Shown: positions 1 to 6,568, numbered from the stretch's first letter. The stretch: 14,025 nucleotides of DNA from Candidatus Woesearchaeota archaeon (GCA_964513145.1 CAZELK010000013.1:1-14025); one strand, 5' to 3'. Notes: generated from the letters alone by a model not told the origin. Numbers and translations are program-made.

Positions 1-140
1 TCTTTTTATATTTACTTAAAAATAGCTAATTTATCATATAAAACTATGTTGCAGTGTTCCAGACAATTAAACTACTGTTTCTTTATAAAGAAAAATAAGC
101 CTATTTTTATTACTTATAAAAATAAAGAATTAATATTAAT

Positions 141-1400
141 TTAATATACTCTTGTTTGAAGATAAAATCCAGTACTAGATGAGGCTTGACAACAGACTTC
201 TAATGGATCTGTGCCTGAATTTGTTGAACCGAAACTTGTACATGTGTTTGCAGAGAAATCCCTACATCTTTGTCTATTACTATCCCATCTTTCTCCACTT
301 GGACAACAGCCAGCATCTGGTGATCTTGTATTTGGGGGCCAGAAGTTACAATTTGTACCAAATGTACACTGGTCAAGACCTTTGCTGCAAAATGAATTTG
401 CATTAGCCTCATTAGGATCGCAGGAATTAGAATTGCAAACTCCTGAATCACTTAAAAGATAAGTTAATATGGCTTGAGAACCAGATGTACTATCTAATCT
501 AACTCTTATGTCTTTAATATTGTCTGCTGGAGAACTTAAATCTATATCCAAGAAATTGTTTTTAGCCAGGTTTGAAGTTGTTGATGAAACTGTGATGCTT
601 ACTGTATTTGAATCTGGAACATTATTTAATCTTAATAAAAGAACCTGGTTATTCCAAATGAATTTTGAGCTTGAACCAGAATTTAATGTAACTGTAATTA
701 AACTGTATTCACATTTGTTTGATATTGAATCCCATTTTTTTCCAGGAGAACAGCATTTAGAATTTTCACTGTCCCAGCTGCATTCATTGGATGTACAAGC
801 ATTTTGTGAATTGCATACATTATTCTGGCAGGAATTAATTGAACATGAAGTAGGTTCTGAACTTTTACAGCATAGTTTAGTATTATAACCACCAATACAA
901 TCACCAACATGTGCATTTGTATCACCTGAAATTGAGACTACACATTGTTCATCTGCATTGCAATTTCCAGATCTGTAATTACAAGTTAAATCACCTGAAC
1001 ATACTTTTTGATTGTAATTTGTACCAGTATTTTTTTCAACATGTGCATTTGTAACAGAACTTAATTTTATTATTACATCACTGTTATCTGAATTACATGT
1101 CCTGTCTGTAATAACCAAGCCATTTGTACAAGCCCTGAAAGTATATGTAGTATCTGAAAATAATGCTGCATGTGCATTTGTTGAAGAACTTAATTTAAAA
1201 AGAGTGTTTGCATCAATGCATGTAGTTAATACACTTCTGCCTGTAATCAGATTAACTCCCCTGCTGTAGAATTCATTACTTAATTCCTTAAAATTGGGAT
1301 TAAAATTACCCAATATATTTATTCCAAAGAACGAAACTATGATGATTGATATAATAACTGTTAAATAAATTACATGTTTATCATTTATTGTAATTTTCAT
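141..1400 (-). CDS. Membrane-anchored/secreted cysteine-rich repeat protein (419 aa), function unknown
   Basis: N-terminal hydrophobic segment (aa ~10-30). 29 Cys. Three ~43-aa repeats with SxxTNAH, two 8-Cys modules ending CCxxGxxWDSx4C, and a Cys-free beta-rich domain at aa 231-321. SD-like GAGGT at 1410-1406 and BRE/TATA at 1454-1441. Confidence 0.9.
   Translation of the reverse strand: MKITINDKHVIYLTVIISIIIVSFFGINILGNFNPNFKELSNEFYSRGVNLITGRSVLTTCIDANTLFKLSSSTNAHAALFSDTTYTFRACTNGLVITDRTCNSDNSDVIIKLSSVTNAHVEKNTGTNYNQKVCSGDLTCNYRSGNCNADEQCVVSISGDTNAHVGDCIGGYNTKLCCKSSEPTSCSINSCQNNVCNSQNACTSNECSWDSENSKCCSPGKKWDSISNKCEYSLITVTLNSGSSSKFIWNNQVLLLRLNNVPDSNTVSITVSSTTSNLAKNNFLDIDLSSPADNIKDIRVRLDSTSGSQAILTYLLSDSGVCNSNSCDPNEANANSFCSKGLDQCTFGTNCNFWPPNTRSPDAGCCPSGERWDSNRQRCRDFSANTCTSFGSTNSGTDPLEVCCQASSSTGFYLQTRVY
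908..1181. repeat. Three exact copies of the 13-mer CATGTGCATTTGT (908-920, 1040-1052, 1169-1181) encoding the T-N-A-H repeats
   Basis: Read directly. Spacings of 132 and 129 nt match the 44/43-aa protein repeat period. Confidence 0.9.
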
Positions 1401-1405
1401 TTACT

Positions 1406-1454
1406 ACCTCTTTTTTATAATTTATATTTATTCAATTTCCTTATAAAATTTTCT
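1406..1454 (-). promoter_or_regulatory. BRE/TATA (AGAAAA-TTTTATAA, 1454-1441) plus Shine-Dalgarno GAGGT (1410-1406) for the Cys-rich protein
   Basis: Archaeal BRE-TATA pattern 41 nt before the ATG at 1400. SD ends 5 nt before the ATG. Confidence 0.6.
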
Positions 1455-1460
1455 AAAGTC

Positions 1461-1477
1461 GACTCTGGTGCAACCCT
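1461..1477 (-). repeat. Copy 1 of a dispersed 17-nt GC-rich element AGGGTTGCACCAGAGTC
   Basis: 15/17 identical to 13973-13989. The ungapped match extends through BRE/TATA (29/36 over 1442-1477 vs 13954-13989). Confidence 0.7.
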
Positions 1478-1481
1478 AGAA

Positions 1482-1700
1482 CTATTTTTTATATACTTCA
1501 ATTTTAAAATCCCTGCTTAGAACTTTGCTTAAGTTATCTTTTACAGAATCATATTCATTTGATGGTATTCTTGCTATAACAATCAGGTAATCCCCCTCTT
1601 GATCAATAGAAAGAAAGTCGCCTTTTTTGCCCTGGATTACACTGGATATGTTGCCCATATCATCCATGTCTGCTTTTATTTTTATTTCACAAGTGTCCAT
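1482..1700 (-). CDS. Small protein (72 aa) resembling a stand-alone EF-2/EF-G C-terminal domain V (ferredoxin-like fold)
   Basis: MGNISSVIQGKKGDFLSIDQEGDYLIVIARIPSNE aligns without gaps to my recalled archaeal EF-2 domain V consensus [35 protein letters not shown] (15/35 identities). It has its own BRE/TATA at 1737-1723. Confidence 0.65.
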   Translation of the reverse strand: MDTCEIKIKADMDDMGNISSVIQGKKGDFLSIDQEGDYLIVIARIPSNEYDSVKDNLSKVLSRDFKIEVYKK

Positions 1701-1722
1701 TTTTTAAAATCAAGAATAATAT

Positions 1723-1737
1723 ATTTTAAATCTTTCT
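1723..1737 (-). promoter_or_regulatory. BRE/TATA (AGAAAGA-TTTAAAAT) for the 72-aa gene, probably a leaderless transcript
   Basis: TATA ends 23 nt from the ATG at 1700. The same AAGATTTAAAA string occurs in the GNAT promoter. Confidence 0.55.
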
Positions 1738-1741
1738 AGAA

Positions 1742-3277
1742 TTATTTTTGAAGTCCTGTAGCAACATAACTTGTTCTTTTAAACATTTTTAGTATTACTG
1801 AACTGCATGTCCTGAAATAATACTTCATATAATTTATTGCCCTGTGCTCTCTTGTGATTATTACAAGTCCAACTTCTGCTAATGTGATTAAACTGTTAGG
1901 TATTAAATAGAAGTGTTTCCATAGTCCTGTTTTTACAAATAATCTTGAAATCGGTCTGGGAATAAAAGTAACCATAGACAATAAATGACTAAAACTTCTT
2001 GCTTGTCTTTGTTTTTTAACTTCCCTTATAGAGCCACCGTCAAAATACATATTTTCTCCGCCAGAATTTATGCTTTTTAAAATTTCTTTGTCAATCTGAC
2101 CCCTTTCTAATGAAATATCGACAATTTCTGTAGCTGGAAAATAAGCTAATGTGTAGCACTCTATCCTGGTTGGCTTTAATTCTATATAAAAATTAGCAGC
2201 TTCAATTAAATCTTGCTCTGTTTCATCTGGCAATCCCACAATATGCTGCAATATTACTGATACCTTGGCTTTTTTTAATGCAATTGTTGCTTCTTTTACT
2301 TTTTCATTGCTTTCATATCTTTTCAAGACTTTCATTTTATAGCTTTCATTTGTACTTTGAACACCCAAAGCAACTGCATAACAGCCAGCTGTCTTTAATT
2401 GGACAGCTATTTCATCACTCATAAAATGCGGGTGTGTAATACATTTAAACGGCAGATTTATTTCTTTTTTATAAGCCTCTAAAAATTCTTTTAACCAGTC
2501 CCTATGGCATGTAAAAATATCATCAACAAAATCAACTTTGTCAAAATTGTATTTTGCTTTCATATCTTTTAATTCAGCAATAATGTTTTGCGTTGACCTT
2601 CTTCTTAACCATTTGCCATTGCCTTTGTAGATTTTATTATACAAATTATTGCTGCAGAATGTGCATGAATAAGGACAGCCCCTTGAAGCTGCAATCATGT
2701 AACCATTTTTAATTGGCAAATGTGGATTAAACATTTCTTTATCTGGAAAAGGAATAGCATCAATATTATCTGACAAAACCCTTATTGGATTTTTAAAAAT
2801 TAAACCTGTGTTTTTATCTTTTGCCCAGATACCTGGTATGTGCCTTACATCTTCGCTTTTTTCTAATTTTGTTACAAACTCAAGCAAGGAATCCTCACCT
2901 TCACCAACACCAACATAATCAACAAAATCCTCCATAATAACTTCTTCTGGTACTGATGTTGGATGTATGCCTCCAAAGATAGTAGGCACATTTGGCAACT
3001 TTTGTTTAACACCTTTTGCAATATATGAAGCCCATTTATAACAATCTGTGAATACAGATAAAGCAACTAAGTCAGGCTTCAAATTTACGACTTTATCTAT
3101 GACTTCTTTTTTTTGATCAAAAAATTTACTTAAAGAATTAACAGTCAGCCAGTATTTATCATTAAATAAGGCTGGATCAAATACCATGAATGTTTCATGT
3201 CCATGTTTTTTTAGTACTGATGATAGATACTGAACTCCTAAATTTTCAGCACCCATGTATAAAAAGACGACTCGCAT
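1742..3277 (-). CDS. Cobalamin (B12)-binding radical SAM protein (class B methyltransferase/BchE-like architecture)
   Basis: CxxxCxxC (CPYSCTFC, 2677-2654). N-terminal B12-binding domain with LGVQYLSSVL, GGIHPT and GEGE motifs, plus later DDIF and ALGVQS motifs. Start moved from the track's GTG (3286) to ATG 3277 because GGGGTG (3289-3284) is placed as an SD for it. Confidence 0.92.
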   Translation of the reverse strand: MRVVFLYMGAENLGVQYLSSVLKKHGHETFMVFDPALFNDKYWLTVNSLSKFFDQKKEVIDKVVNLKPDLVALSVFTDCYKWASYIAKGVKQKLPNVPTIFGGIHPTSVPEEVIMEDFVDYVGVGEGEDSLLEFVTKLEKSEDVRHIPGIWAKDKNTGLIFKNPIRVLSDNIDAIPFPDKEMFNPHLPIKNGYMIAASRGCPYSCTFCSNNLYNKIYKGNGKWLRRRSTQNIIAELKDMKAKYNFDKVDFVDDIFTCHRDWLKEFLEAYKKEINLPFKCITHPHFMSDEIAVQLKTAGCYAVALGVQSTNESYKMKVLKRYESNEKVKEATIALKKAKVSVILQHIVGLPDETEQDLIEAANFYIELKPTRIECYTLAYFPATEIVDISLERGQIDKEILKSINSGGENMYFDGGSIREVKKQRQARSFSHLLSMVTFIPRPISRLFVKTGLWKHFYLIPNSLITLAEVGLVIITREHRAINYMKYYFRTCSSVILKMFKRTSYVATGLQK

Positions 3278-3283
3278 TAAAAG

Positions 3284-3330
3284 CACCCCACATAAACTAA
3301 ATTAACTATAATTAACTATATAAAGTTTTG
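3284..3330 (-). promoter_or_regulatory. BRE/TATA (CAAAAC-TTTATATA, 3330-3317) and SD-like GGGGTG for the radical SAM gene
   Basis: TATA ends 40 nt before ATG 3277. SD ends 6 nt before the ATG. Confidence 0.6.
3292..3320. repeat. Tandem repeat ATTAACTATA x2 (3301-3320) with a degenerate copy ATAAACTAA (3292-3300)
   Basis: Read directly. It lies immediately downstream of the minus-strand TATA and overlaps its last 4 nt. Confidence 0.75.
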
Positions 3331-3350
3331 GTTACTTTTTTTGACTTTTC

Positions 3351-3364
3351 GGAAGATTTAAAAC
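3351..3364 (+). promoter_or_regulatory. BRE/TATA (GGAAGA-TTTAAAAC) for the GNAT gene
   Basis: TATA ends 23 nt before ATG 3387. No SD, so probably leaderless. Confidence 0.55.
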
Positions 3365-3386
3365 TTAGATGTTTTCAAATTAGAAT

Positions 3387-4019
3387 ATGCCTGAAATTAA
3401 AATAAGAAATGCAAATCAAGAAGACCTTGACTATATTGTTATGGTAGAAGAAGAGGCCTGGCCAATTGAGTCAAGGGCGCCGAGATCTAAATTTGAAGAA
3501 AGATTGCATGTTTTTTCAAAGGGATTTTTTGTGGCTTTATTGAATGATAAAATTGTCGGAGTTACAACCTCACAAATAATTAACTATGATCCTGAAAATC
3601 CGCCATCATCATGGACAGAAATAACAGCTGACGGGCATATTTCTGAATCTCATAATTCTAAAGGAAACGCACTTTACGTTGTATCCTTGGGAGTTTCACC
3701 AAGAGGCAGACCAGAAGGCAAAGGAATAGGTGTCGGAAGTTCCTTGCTAGAAAGACAAAAGCAATTAACAAAACAACTTGGACTAAAATATTTAGTTTTA
3801 AGTGCAAGAACACCAGGCTATGATAATTTCTGCAAAACACACGGCGGAATTGATATTGAAACCTATGTAAATTTAAGAAGAGAAGATCATTTGCCTGAAG
3901 ACATTGAACTTAGATTTTATGAAAGAGCTGGTTTGAGAAAAGTAAAAATATGCCCAAATACAATGGATGACAGAGAAAGCAGAAATTATGGTGTAATGAT
4001 GGAATTGAAAGTTCAATAG
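3387..4019 (+). CDS. GNAT family N-acetyltransferase (YkwB-like, stand-alone)
   Basis: IRNANQEDL start, motif A LYVVSLGVSP...GKGIGVGSSLL, and SARTPGY and DRESRNYGVMME motifs that I recognise from YkwB-like GNATs. Confidence 0.8.
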   Translation: MPEIKIRNANQEDLDYIVMVEEEAWPIESRAPRSKFEERLHVFSKGFFVALLNDKIVGVTTSQIINYDPENPPSSWTEITADGHISESHNSKGNALYVVSLGVSPRGRPEGKGIGVGSSLLERQKQLTKQLGLKYLVLSARTPGYDNFCKTHGGIDIETYVNLRREDHLPEDIELRFYERAGLRKVKICPNTMDDRESRNYGVMMELKVQ

Positions 4020-4057
4020 AAATGTATATATATTTGGCTTAGTGAAGAAATTTATTT

Positions 4058-4741
4058 ATGAAATTATCAATAATTATTCCAGTTTTTAATGAAAAAGAAA
4101 CTATTCTTCAAGTTCTAAATAAAATTGAAAATATTAAATTAAATAATATAAAAAAAGAAATAATTATTGTTGACGATTTTTCAAGTGATGGTACAAGAGA
4201 TATCCTGAAAAAATTAAACAAATACAGCTTGTATTTTCATGAATATAATCAGGGCAAGGGTGCTGCAATAAGAACTGGCTTAAAAAATGTTACTGGTGAT
4301 TTAATTTTAATACAGGATGCTGATCTTGAATATGACCCAAAAGAGTATAATAAATTATTAGAACCAATTTTAAAAAATGAGACTAAAGTTGTTTACGGCT
4401 CAAGAATGCTTGGCAAGCATAAAGACATGTATTCTTTGCATTTTTTTGGAAATAAATTTCTAACTTTTGCAACGAATCTGATTTATCACTGTAAAATTAC
4501 TGACATGGAGACTGGGTACAAACTTTTTGCAAAAGAAGTTGTTGATGGGATGAACTTGAAAGCGAGAAGATTTGACTTTGAACCTGAAATAACTGCAAAA
4601 ATTTTGAAAAGGGGTTATAAAATAAAAGAAGTTCCGATTGATTTTGTTAATCCAAGGGGGTTTAATGAAGGCAAGAAGATTACTTGGAAAGATGGAATAA
4701 AACATTTTTTATATTTGCTTAAATATAGGCTTTTTGATTAA
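4058..4741 (+). CDS. Glycosyltransferase family 2, DPM1-like (polyprenol-phosphate sugar synthase type)
   Basis: [51 protein letters not shown] and FDFEPEIT motifs. Confidence 0.92.
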   Translation: MKLSIIIPVFNEKETILQVLNKIENIKLNNIKKEIIIVDDFSSDGTRDILKKLNKYSLYFHEYNQGKGAAIRTGLKNVTGDLILIQDADLEYDPKEYNKLLEPILKNETKVVYGSRMLGKHKDMYSLHFFGNKFLTFATNLIYHCKITDMETGYKLFAKEVVDGMNLKARRFDFEPEITAKILKRGYKIKEVPIDFVNPRGFNEGKKITWKDGIKHFLYLLKYRLFD

Positions 4742-4742
4742 A

Positions 4743-5123
4743 ATGAGGAAAAAACTTACAAAAGACCAAGAACATGTATTGAAAGAAAAGGGAACAGAAG
4801 CGCCTTTCTCAGGAAAATATTTGGATAACAAAGAAGAGGGAACCTATGTCTGTGCAAGCTGTGGTATGGATTTATTTTCTTCAGAAACTAAATTCAATTC
4901 TGGAACTGGCTGGCCTAGCTTTTCTGCCCCTAAATCAGAAAAGAATCTTGATTTAAAAGAAGATAATGATCATGGCATAAATAGAACAGAGGTTTTGTGC
5001 AAAAAATGTAAGGGGCATTTGGGGCATGTTTTTGATGATGGACCAAAACCAACAGGCAAACGCTTTTGCATAAATTCCTTGGCTCTTGATTTTAAAAAAG
5101 AAAAAATTAAGAAAAGTATATAA
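4743..5123 (+). CDS. msrB: Peptide-methionine (R)-S-oxide reductase MsrB (zinc-binding)
   Basis: [12 protein letters not shown] and CKKC zinc pairs, [19 protein letters not shown] and catalytic RFCINS. ATG at 4743, 1 nt after the GT2 stop, is preferred over the track's TTG 4734. Confidence 0.97.
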   Translation: MRKKLTKDQEHVLKEKGTEAPFSGKYLDNKEEGTYVCASCGMDLFSSETKFNSGTGWPSFSAPKSEKNLDLKEDNDHGINRTEVLCKKCKGHLGHVFDDGPKPTGKRFCINSLALDFKKEKIKKSI

Positions 5124-5124
5124 A
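5111..5124 (+). promoter_or_regulatory. BRE/TATA (GAAAAG-TATATAAA) for the SpoIIM-like gene, overlapping the msrB stop
   Basis: TATA ends 24 nt before ATG 5148. Confidence 0.5.
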
Positions 5125-5147
5125 TTAAAAATATATTTCTAATTTAA

Positions 5148-6017
5148 ATGGTGTTAGAGAATTTAATCAGACCAAAAAAAGCTGAAAAAAAACCTTTTGA
5201 TTTGTTTTTTGTCGGATTTCTTTATGCATCTGTTGCAATGTTTTTAAGTTTGTGGATTTTTAGAGATCAAACAAGCTTAGTCATGGTTTTTTTAACTGTT
5301 ATGGCTGCTCTGCCTTTGGTTTATGATACTACAAAATATGAAGAAAGGAAAGATGAAAGTAAACTGTCTGAATCAAGATTGTTGAAAGAGCATAGCAAGG
5401 CCTTGTCTTTTTTTGTTTTTTTGTTTTTGGGAGCAGTAGTTTCATATTCATTATGGTATATTTTGCTGCCTGAGAAATTAACTGACTCTATTTTCAACAC
5501 GCAAATTAGCACAATTAAAAATATCAACACCAATATTTTCGGTATTGATGTTATTACTTCTAAATATATTACTGGATCTAGTTTATTTGGACAAATATTT
5601 GCAAATAACTTAAAAGTTTTGGTTTTTTCAATATTCTTTTCATTTTTCTTTGGTGCTGGTGCATTATTTATTCTAATATGGAATGCCTCTGTCATAAGCA
5701 CAGCAATAGGAAATTTTTTCAGGGTAAATATCAGTCAATATGCAGATATTTTTGGCATGGTAAAAGTTGCCGGATATTTTCATATTTTTTCTTTGGGATT
5801 ATTGAGATATTTTATTCACGGTATACCAGAAATACTGGCCTATTTTGTTGGGGGATTAGCCGGGGGTATTATTTCAATAGCAGTTACAAGGCATGAGATA
5901 GGAACAAAAGAATTTAAAAAAGTTTTAGTAGATTCTTTAGATTTAATAATTATAGCTGTTGCCTTATTATTTTTAGCTGGTTTGTTAGAAGTTTATATAA
6001 CCCCTTTATTTTTTTAA
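5148..6017 (+). CDS. SpoIIM-like (stage II sporulation protein M/DUF95) polytopic membrane protein
   Basis: Multiple hydrophobic segments, IFANNLKV and HGIPEILAY motifs, and a C-terminal AGLLEVYITP typical of this family. Confidence 0.85.
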   Translation: MVLENLIRPKKAEKKPFDLFFVGFLYASVAMFLSLWIFRDQTSLVMVFLTVMAALPLVYDTTKYEERKDESKLSESRLLKEHSKALSFFVFLFLGAVVSYSLWYILLPEKLTDSIFNTQISTIKNINTNIFGIDVITSKYITGSSLFGQIFANNLKVLVFSIFFSFFFGAGALFILIWNASVISTAIGNFFRVNISQYADIFGMVKVAGYFHIFSLGLLRYFIHGIPEILAYFVGGLAGGIISIAVTRHEIGTKEFKKVLVDSLDLIIIAVALLFLAGLLEVYITPLFF

Positions 6018-6020
6018 TTG

Positions 6021-6308
6021 TTATTCTTTGCACAATAACCTGGTTTGGGCTGAATATGCTTCAAATTCCTCTGCAAACATATCAATATCTTTTCTCATTT
6101 TTAAATTATCGCGTAATAATTTGGCTGATGCCAGAAATGAAATGCCGCAATGAACTTTTGTAGCAATTTCTTCTTCATGATTATTTATTAGAAAACATAA
6201 ATTATTCATTTCCATGAAAGCTAATTCATATTGTTCATTTTGAATTAAAGGTTTTATACTATTTTTGTAAACTTCAATTATTTTAGTAACTCTCTCTTTT
6301 ATATTCAT
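6021..6308 (-). CDS. Hypothetical helical protein (95 aa)
   Basis: ATGA 4-nt overlap with the ferredoxin stop (6305-6308). It fills the gap to the convergent gene and has amphipathic helical patterning. Confidence 0.7.
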   Translation of the reverse strand: MNIKERVTKIIEVYKNSIKPLIQNEQYELAFMEMNNLCFLINNHEEEIATKVHCGISFLASAKLLRDNLKMRKDIDMFAEEFEAYSAQTRLLCKE

Positions 6309-6568
6309 ATTATCTTTTCTCCAGTATCCATATCATATATGTGGATAACATTAACTGGACATACTCTTGCTGATTCCAGCATATTTTCAAATTCTTCTTC
6401 ATCAATAATCTTTTCTTGTATTTCATTTTCTTTTAAACTGCTGGAACCGATTAAATCTGCTTTTCCGTCACCACCTTCTTTAATAATCCAAAACTTGCTT
6501 ACTGCTGTACAAGCTGCAGCACCAATGCATTCTTTTCTTTCATATACTATTTTATATTTTTTCATCAT
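6305..6568 (-). CDS. Single-cluster ferredoxin, probably [3Fe-4S] (CxxAxxC...CP)
   Basis: CIGAAAC and ARVCPVNVI, only three Cys. The second ATG (6565) fits promoter spacing slightly better. Confidence 0.88.
   Translation of the reverse strand: MMKKYKIVYERKECIGAAACTAVSKFWIIKEGGDGKADLIGSSSLKENEIQEKIIDEEEFENMLESARVCPVNVIHIYDMDTGEKII

Noticed and set aside
179-925. Short ORFs 179-406(+), 200-451(-), 211-462(+), 508-888(+) and 698-925(-)
   Set aside because: All lie within the Cys-rich gene in other frames or antisense, with no motifs or promoters. They are shadow ORFs.
1455-1466. Near-palindrome AAAGTCGACTCT containing GTCGAC next to copy 1 of the element
   Set aside because: Absent from copy 2 and only 6 bp perfect, so not distinguishable from chance.
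2872-5896. ORFs 2872-3066(-), 3658-3840(-), 4460-4705(-), 5321-5701(-) and 5678-5896(+)
   Set aside because: They overlap well-supported genes in alternate frames or antisense and have no recognisable content.
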